A stretch of 64,000 bases of DNA, taken from NCBI GenBank assembly GCA_040218735.1, contig JAVJQW010000049.1:1-64000 (forward strand). The letters are read 5' to 3'. Of the stretch, positions 57,852 through 64,000 are shown in pieces. Each line of letters opens with the position of its first letter. The stretch's first letter is position 1. A program made the translations under genes and the position numbers. The stretch is from Deltaproteobacteria bacterium (GTDB taxonomy: Bacteria; Myxococcota; Kuafuiibacteriia; Kuafuiibacteriales; Kuafuiibacteriaceae). A model generated the notes under the pieces. The model was not told the DNA's origin. It saw only the letters and a program-made list of their open reading frames with translations, and ran no database searches.

Positions 57852-58843
57852 TGCATCTGCTCCGTGGCTACCGGCTCCGGCTGGGACGGCGTGACTTGGG
57901 CCGTCGCCGGGGCGTGGATGGCGTCGATCATGGTCTGGACGTCGGCGGCGCCCTTGCTCGACGGGTCGAACAGGAAGATCGGCGTGCCCTCGCTCGAGGC
58001 CTGGGCGAACGTCGTGCACTGCCGGACCACCTCCGGGAGCAGGTACTCCGGATAGTGCTCCGCCAACGCGTCCCGCGCGGCGCGGGCGATCTTCGTGGTC
58101 GGGTTGAACTGGTTGATCACGATGAAGACGCGCTCGAGGCGGTGGTCGAGATCCTCCGCGATGTCGTCCAGCGTCTCGAACAACAGCTTCAAGCCGTGGA
58201 ACGACAGGAAGTCCGGCAGCACCGGCACGATGAGATCGTCGGCCGCCACAATCGCGTTCAGGTTCAACAACCCGAACGAGGGCGGGGCGTCGAGCACCAC
58301 GTACTCGTACTCGTCCTGCACCGCCGCCAACGATCGCTTCAAACGATTCTCGCGGTTCGACATCGGCATCAGCGACAGGTCCACCGTCGCCATGCGCAGG
58401 TTCGACGGAATCAGATGCAGCTCCGGGATCTCCGTCTCGATGCGGACCTCCGCCATCGGGACCTTCTTCACGAGGACCTCGAAGAGCGTCGCATCCTGCT
58501 CCTCGCCGTCGTAGCCGACGCACTTCGTCGCGTGGCCCTGCGAGTCGAGGTCGATCAGCAGCACGCGGTGCCCCAGCTCCGCCAGGCGCTGCGCGTAGGA
58601 CACCGACAGCGACGTCTTCCCCGTTCCACCCTTGAAGTTCAGGAACAGCTGCGTCCGCAGCGGCTGCCGCGCGGGTTGCCGCGCGAGCCGCGCGCGGTAA
58701 CGCGAGAGGTCACCGAGCGGATAGGTCTCCTTCGGGCCGCCGAGCTCCGACAGCACGCCGACGCGCTCCAGCGTCTCCAGCTCGTCGACCGACATCGACA
58801 GCAGCTCCGCCATCCGCTTCTTGGGGTACGTCACGTCCTCCAT
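57848..58843 (-). CDS. pomZ: PomZ ParA/MinD-family ATPase with N-terminal HTH-like extension
   Basis: NFKGGTGKT, IDLDSQGHAT and LDAPPS motifs; lies between pomY and pomX. Confidence 0.88.
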   Translation of the reverse strand: MEDVTYPKKRMAELLSMSVDELETLERVGVLSELGGPKETYPLGDLSRYRARLARQPARQPLRTQLFLNFKGGTGKTSLSVSYAQRLAELGHRVLLIDLDSQGHATKCVGYDGEEQDATLFEVLVKKVPMAEVRIETEIPELHLIPSNLRMATVDLSLMPMSNRENRLKRSLAAVQDEYEYVVLDAPPSFGLLNLNAIVAADDLIVPVLPDFLSFHGLKLLFETLDDIAEDLDHRLERVFIVINQFNPTTKIARAARDALAEHYPEYLLPEVVRQCTTFAQASSEGTPIFLFDPSSKGAADVQTMIDAIHAPATAQVTPSQPEPVATEQMQ

Positions 58844-60429
58844 TGCGTGTTCCTTTCCGCCGCGCCTTCGGCCGGCGCGAGGCGCGCGCACAGCTGCGCG
58901 CGCAGCGACTGCGCCATCTTCCGTCGCGTCGCGGCGTCCGCCTCGGCGACGCCGTTCAACGTCACACCGAGCCGGCGCGACAGCGCCCGCGCGACCCCCA
59001 CGCGCACGGCGTGGTCCTCGTCCATCAGCTGACGCGTCAACGTCAGCAACGCGCGCTCGTCCCCGCGCGTCCCGATCGCCGTGGCGATCGCGCGGCGCGT
59101 GCCCGCGTCCTCGTCGTCCATCGCGCCGAGCAACACACCCACCGGGTCGAACGAGCTCGTCCCCGACGCCGCCAGCACCGCACGCCGACGCACCCGCGGA
59201 TCCGCGTCCGCGAGCGCCGCGCGCAAGAGCATCGCGGGGTCGTCGGCCTCGGCGAAGCCCGCGCCGTTCACCGAGCCCGCGCCGTTCACCGAGCCCGCGC
59301 CGTTCGCGGAGGCGCCCGCGCCGTTCGCTTCGAAGTCGCGGCCGTCGAGCGCCGACGTGCGAGCGCTCGGTCCCTGCGCGCGCCGCGTCGCCCCCGCGTC
59401 CATCCGCGCCAGCCCCGCCTCCACGCTCGCCGCGCGTATGCGCCAGTCCGCGTCCGCCCGCGCCGCCAAGAGCGCCTGCTCCGCGACCGGGCCGGGCAGC
59501 GTGCCGAGCCCGCGCAGGCAGGCGTCGCGGGTGTCGAAGTCCGCCGACGAGCGCAGCACGAACGCCAGGGCCGGGGCCGCCGCTTCGTGGGCCGAGGACA
59601 TCAGCGCCTCGACCGCGCCCGCGGCGCGCTCGGCGGTGCCGTCGAGGAGCGCCTCGAAACACGCCGACGCCTGGGCCCGCGACAGCGAGCCCTCGATGGT
59701 CTCCAGCGCCGCCCGCGCGTCCGCCGCGGACAGGCCCGTCTCGGACGGAGCCACCGGCGGCGCCTCCAGCCAGCGCGGCGTGCTCGGCGGGGTGGACGGC
59801 GTCGTCGGCACCACCGCTTGCGGAGGCTCGACGCCCGCGTCCGCGAGCGCGTGGCGGAGCGCGCGGTTCGTCGCCTCCGTCGCCGTCCGATCCGCGGACA
59901 GCTTCAAGGTCTCGTTGCGCAGCTCCGCGATCAGGCTCGCGAGATCGATGGCGTCCCGATCCCCCGCCGCGACCGCGTGCTGCCAGCGCACCAGCCGCTC
60001 GAAGAAGCGCTCCTGCTGACGCTCCATCCGATCGATCCGCGCCTGCGCGCGCGTGAGCGCTTCGCCGTCGGCGTCGTCCTTCTGCCGCGTCGCCAGCAGC
60101 CGCGCGTACGCCTCGGCCACGCGGTCCTGCGTCGCCTCCGCGCTCCCGCGCCGCTCGACCTCGCGGAGCGTCTTTTCGGCCTGTGCGGCCCGATCCGACA
60201 GCCTCGCGGACTCCGCGCGCGCCTCCGCGAGGCGCGTCGTCAGCCCCCGGATCTTCTCCGCGGACTCCGCCTCGCGGCGTGTGCTGTCCGCGACGAGCCG
60301 ACGTTGCGCGTTCACCGCCTCACGCTCGGACTCGAGGCGGGCCGCCATCTGATCCAGTCGCCACTCGAGGAAACCGATCCGCTCGACGGCAGCCGCCAGC
60401 GCTTCGAGATCCATGTCCTTGCGATCCAT
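58831..60429 (-). CDS. pomY: PomY, coiled-coil plus HEAT-repeat protein
   Basis: N-terminal coiled coil; HEAT/PBS repeats (DADPRVRRRAV, DEDHAVR); synteny with pomZ and pomX. Confidence 0.8.
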   Translation of the reverse strand: MDRKDMDLEALAAAVERIGFLEWRLDQMAARLESEREAVNAQRRLVADSTRREAESAEKIRGLTTRLAEARAESARLSDRAAQAEKTLREVERRGSAEATQDRVAEAYARLLATRQKDDADGEALTRAQARIDRMERQQERFFERLVRWQHAVAAGDRDAIDLASLIAELRNETLKLSADRTATEATNRALRHALADAGVEPPQAVVPTTPSTPPSTPRWLEAPPVAPSETGLSAADARAALETIEGSLSRAQASACFEALLDGTAERAAGAVEALMSSAHEAAAPALAFVLRSSADFDTRDACLRGLGTLPGPVAEQALLAARADADWRIRAASVEAGLARMDAGATRRAQGPSARTSALDGRDFEANGAGASANGAGSVNGAGSVNGAGFAEADDPAMLLRAALADADPRVRRRAVLAASGTSSFDPVGVLLGAMDDEDAGTRRAIATAIGTRGDERALLTLTRQLMDEDHAVRVGVARALSRRLGVTLNGVAEADAATRRKMAQSLRAQLCARLAPAEGAAERNTQWRT

Positions 60430-60621
60430 CAGAGGCGATCCGATCCGCGCGCCGGATCCATCGCCGAGGAGACTCGGAGACACGACCGAACGTCGCGAAC
60501 CCTCTACGCCGGCAAGGTACACAACACCTGTGGGGCCGTCGATCCCCATTCTACCGAAAAGATGATATCGAAAAGAACGCCGGCTGGACCGCGCTCACGA
60601 TCCCCTGCTAGGCCATCCGAC

Positions 60622-61623
60622 GTGGAAACACGATCGCTGCGTTCCGTCCCCGACGCGTACCGGGGCCGGCACGAACCTCTCGACCCAAAGCACGTCTTCG
60701 AGCTCATGGTGAAGTCGCGCGCGCTCGAAGAGCGGCTGATCGCGATGACCCGATCCTCGGACGGCTTCTTCTGGATCGGCGGCCCCGGCGAAGAAGCGTT
60801 CAACGTCCCGCTCGGCCTCCTCGTGAACAAGGGCGAAGGCCTCGATCACGACTTCCTCCACCTGCACTACCGCAGCTCCGCGATCCTCACCGCGATGGGC
60901 ATGCCGATGATCGACGCGATCCGGCAGATGGCCTCCAAAGCGACCGACCCCCACACCGGCGGCCGCAACTTCATCAACCACTTCGCCATGAAGGCGTGGA
61001 ACGTCGTCCCGGGCACGTCGACCATCGAGACCCAGTACGCCGTCGCCCCCGGCACCGCCCTCGCGCAGAAGCGCCACGGCGGTCACGGCATCACGATCGT
61101 CAACGGCGGTGACGCCGGCAGCGCCGAGGGTGACTTCGCGACGTGCCTCAACTGGTCCAGCCGCCCCGGGCGCGAGCTGCCGCTCCTCATCATCGTCGTG
61201 AACAACAAATACGGCATCTCGACGCCGTTCGATCAGGTGCACGGCGACCAGTTCATCGCCCGCCGCGGCGAAGCGTTCGGCATCCGGTGGGACGTCCTGA
61301 ACGGCAACGACCCCGTCGAGTCGCACCAAAAGCTCTCGGAGATCATCGCGTACATCCGCGAGGAGCGGATGCCGTTCGTGCTCGAGGCGTACACCTCGCG
61401 CCTTCACGGTCACTCCAGCTCATCGGGCGCCGCGCGCGTGCACGACGAGCCGGACTGCGTGAAGGACTACGGCGAAAAGCTCGTCGCCGAGGGCATCTTC
61501 ACCGCGGACGACATCGCCCAGCTCGAGAAGAAGTACCGCGACGAAGGCCTCGCCGCGCTCGAGCAGGCCCGTAGCGAACCCGATCCGGATCCGTCGACGA
61601 TCCACGACCACACCTTCGCGTGA
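60622..61623 (+). CDS. 2-oxoacid dehydrogenase E1 alpha subunit
   Basis: GPGEEA, HYR, GDAGSAEGDF..NNKYGIS and RLHGHSSS motifs. Confidence 0.92.
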   Translation: METRSLRSVPDAYRGRHEPLDPKHVFELMVKSRALEERLIAMTRSSDGFFWIGGPGEEAFNVPLGLLVNKGEGLDHDFLHLHYRSSAILTAMGMPMIDAIRQMASKATDPHTGGRNFINHFAMKAWNVVPGTSTIETQYAVAPGTALAQKRHGGHGITIVNGGDAGSAEGDFATCLNWSSRPGRELPLLIIVVNNKYGISTPFDQVHGDQFIARRGEAFGIRWDVLNGNDPVESHQKLSEIIAYIREERMPFVLEAYTSRLHGHSSSSGAARVHDEPDCVKDYGEKLVAEGIFTADDIAQLEKKYRDEGLAALEQARSEPDPDPSTIHDHTFA

Positions 61624-61631
61624 GATAGAAA

Positions 61632-62690
61632 ATGGCGAACATCGCGCAAGCACTTCGAATGGCCCTGCACGTCGGCGAGACCCGCCTCGGCGTCACCGAC
61701 GTCTTCGGTGAGGACGTCGGCCCGCCGCTCGGCGGCGTCTTCACCGCGACGCAGGGGCTCACCACGACCTGGAACTCCCCGCTCGACGAACGCGGCATCG
61801 TCGGCACCGCGTTCGGCCTCGCGCTCGCGGGCCAGCGCGCCGTCGCCGAGATCCAGTTCGTCGACTACATCTACAACACGATCGATCTGCTGAAGCTCGT
61901 CGGGAACTGCCGCTGGTCCTGCAACGGCATGTTCGAGGTCCCGCTCGTCCTCATGACGCCGGTCGGCTCCGGCATCCACGGGTCGCTCTACCACTCCCAC
62001 TCGTTCGACACGTTCGCGACCCACATGCCGGGCTGGAAGGTCGTCCTCGTCTCGACCCCGCTCGACGCCTACGGCCTGATGATCAGCGCCATCCAGGATC
62101 CGAACCCGGTCATGTTCCTCTACCCGAAGGCGCTGATCCGCATCCCCGGCAGCGACAAGATCCCCGGCGAGCCGGAGGACGCGAAGGAGCTGTCGCGCCG
62201 CATCGACGCCCCCGTCGGTGCCGCCCGCGAAGGCTGGACGCCGGACTGGCCGGAGCTGCCGGACTTCTCCATCCCGATCGGGGAGGCGAAGACGATCGCC
62301 GAGGGCACCGACGTCACCTGCGTGACCTACGGACGCACCGCACCGCTCGCGAAGAAGGCCGCGGCGAAGCTCGCCGAGGAAGGCGTCTCGGTGGAGGTCA
62401 TCGACCTGCGCACGCTCGTCCCCTACGACTGGGACGCGATCGTCGCGTCCGTGAAGAAGACGCGCCGGTTCATCGCGATCAACGAGGACACCGAGGTGAC
62501 GAACTTCGGCGAGCACCTCGCGCGCCGCGTGACCGAGGAGCTGTTCTACGAGCTGGAGGCGCCGCCCAAGGTGCTCGCCGGCGCGAACACGCCCGGCATC
62601 GGGCTCGCCTGGTCACTCGAACAGGTTCAGGTGCCGCAGGCCGCCGACATCGAGCGCGCGCTGCGCGAGCTCGCGGCGATCTACGCCTGA
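61632..62690 (+). CDS. 2-oxoacid dehydrogenase E1 beta subunit
   Basis: GEDVG..GGVF, PLDERGI, EIQF.DY, HS and EVIDLRTL.P.D motifs. Confidence 0.94.
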   Translation: MANIAQALRMALHVGETRLGVTDVFGEDVGPPLGGVFTATQGLTTTWNSPLDERGIVGTAFGLALAGQRAVAEIQFVDYIYNTIDLLKLVGNCRWSCNGMFEVPLVLMTPVGSGIHGSLYHSHSFDTFATHMPGWKVVLVSTPLDAYGLMISAIQDPNPVMFLYPKALIRIPGSDKIPGEPEDAKELSRRIDAPVGAAREGWTPDWPELPDFSIPIGEAKTIAEGTDVTCVTYGRTAPLAKKAAAKLAEEGVSVEVIDLRTLVPYDWDAIVASVKKTRRFIAINEDTEVTNFGEHLARRVTEELFYELEAPPKVLAGANTPGIGLAWSLEQVQVPQAADIERALRELAAIYA

Positions 62691-62700
62691 GGAGGCCGCC

Positions 62701-62994
62701 ATGAAGGACGCCACGAACGAAGCGGAGTACATCGAGAAGCTCAACGCCGCGCACGAGTTCCCGAAGATGTTCACGTTCAAGATCATCGGGAAGAACGAGC
62801 CGGAGCTGGAGCAGGGCACACGCGACGCGATTCGCGCGATGTATCCCGACCTCGAGCCCGAGATCACGCAGCGCGCTTCGTCGAAGGGCAAGCACCTCGC
62901 GCTCACCGTGGTGATGCTCGTGCCCAACGCGGAGGCCGTCGTCGCGCTGTACCGGCGCTTCAACGAGCTACCGGGCCTGCACATGCTGATGTAG
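62701..62994 (+). CDS. DUF493/YbeD-like protein
   Basis: FP..FTFKIIG..SSKGKHLALTV. Confidence 0.8.
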   Translation: MKDATNEAEYIEKLNAAHEFPKMFTFKIIGKNEPELEQGTRDAIRAMYPDLEPEITQRASSKGKHLALTVVMLVPNAEAVVALYRRFNELPGLHMLM

Positions 62995-63005
62995 CATTGC
63001 CGCCC

Positions 63006-64000
63006 GTGTCCGACCTGCCCAGCGTCGCCATCATCATGCCCGCGTACAACGCGTCGCATCTGCTCGGCCGTTCGCTCACCGCCGCCCTCGTCGCCGCGAA
63101 GGACCAGAAGGTCCTCGTCGTGGACCCCGGCTCCACCGACGACACCGCGGACGTCGCGCGCAACATCGGCGCGGACGTCATCCGGCTCGAAAAGCGCGCC
63201 GGCCCCGCGCACGCGCGCAACGTCGGCGTGCGCCACGTCGACACCGACATCGTCCTGTTCATCGACTCCGACTGCGTCGCGCACCCGGACGTCGTCGACC
63301 GCGTCCGCGAAGCGTTCCAGGACCCCGAGCTCGTCAGCCTCACCGGGTCCTACGACGACACCCCGCCCGAGCAGAACTTCTTCTCGCTGTACATGAACCT
63401 GCGCCACCACTTCACGCACCAGCGCGCGAACACCGAGGACGCCTCGTTCTGGGCGGGCTGCGGTGCGGTGCGGCGCACGGTCTACGAGCAGATCGGCGGG
63501 TTCGACGCCGAGCAGTTCCCGATGCCGATGATCGAGGACATCGAGCTGGGGTTGAGGCTGCGCCCGAAGGGCAAGACGCGCCTCGACCCGAAGCTGCACG
63601 TCACGCACCTGAAGAAGTGGACGTTCAAGAGCGTCGTCTCCACGGACATCAAGAACCGCGCGATCCCGTGGACGCGCCTGATCCTCGCGACCGGTCAGAT
63701 GCCGAACGACCTGAACCTCAGGCTCTCGCAGCGCGTCGCCGCCGCGCTCGCGCCGTTTGTGCTCGGCGGCCTCGCCGTCGCGCCGCCGCTGTTCCTGACC
63801 GGCATGTTCCCGCTCGGCGCCGCCGCGCTCGCGCCCGCCGCGGTGTCGGCCGTGATGCACTCCGAGATGATCGGCTGGTGCAACCAGGTCCGCGGGCCGT
63901 CGTTCGCCGCGCGCTTCTGGCTCTTCCACCAGGTGCACCTCGTCTACTCCGCCGCGACGTTTGTGTGGTGCCAGCTCGAGCACCGCATCCGTCCGCGCAC
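63006..64000 (+). CDS. Glycosyltransferase family 2 (runs off the window)
   Basis: IIMPAYN..VVDPGSTDDT..ARN.G..FIDSD..GGFD..EDIELG read in the + frame from GTG 63006; no stop before the window end. Confidence 0.9.
   Translation, partial: MSDLPSVAIIMPAYNASHLLGRSLTAALVAAKDQKVLVVDPGSTDDTADVARNIGADVIRLEKRAGPAHARNVGVRHVDTDIVLFIDSDCVAHPDVVDRVREAFQDPELVSLTGSYDDTPPEQNFFSLYMNLRHHFTHQRANTEDASFWAGCGAVRRTVYEQIGGFDAEQFPMPMIEDIELGLRLRPKGKTRLDPKLHVTHLKKWTFKSVVSTDIKNRAIPWTRLILATGQMPNDLNLRLSQRVAAALAPFVLGGLAVAPPLFLTGMFPLGAAALAPAAVSAVMHSEMIGWCNQVRGPSFAARFWLFHQVHLVYSAATFVWCQLEHRIRPR

Overview
High-GC Myxococcota-type chromosome segment; a recognisable pomY-pomZ-pomX cell-division locus supports the assignment. 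1-12.5 kb: type I-G (I-U) CRISPR-Cas locus. A 21-repeat array, cas2 and a frameshifted cas4-cas1 lie on the minus strand, with cas3-csx17-csb1-csb2 on the plus strand, followed by a plant JIP23/actinoporin-like gene. 13.6-46.9 kb: housekeeping and envelope genes, including an ECF sigma / Ser-Thr kinase module with three identically spaced putative promoters (CGGGAGCG-N11-GCGGCAAC-N9-ATG). 47-54.9 kb: an accessory island where a 22-bp bulged-hairpin motif (GTGATCCATCCTCCGGATCCAC) recurs in one orientation at nearly every gene junction. It separates orphan genes, Rhs toxin/immunity pieces, a TA module and an integrase remnant around an intact RAYT-type HUH transposase. This is the best candidate for an undescribed cassette-capture system. 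55-64 kb: thioredoxin-rhodanese fusion, pomXYZ, 2-oxoacid dehydrogenase E1 alpha/beta and a GT2 gene. All family assignments come from motif recognition by eye; no searches were run.
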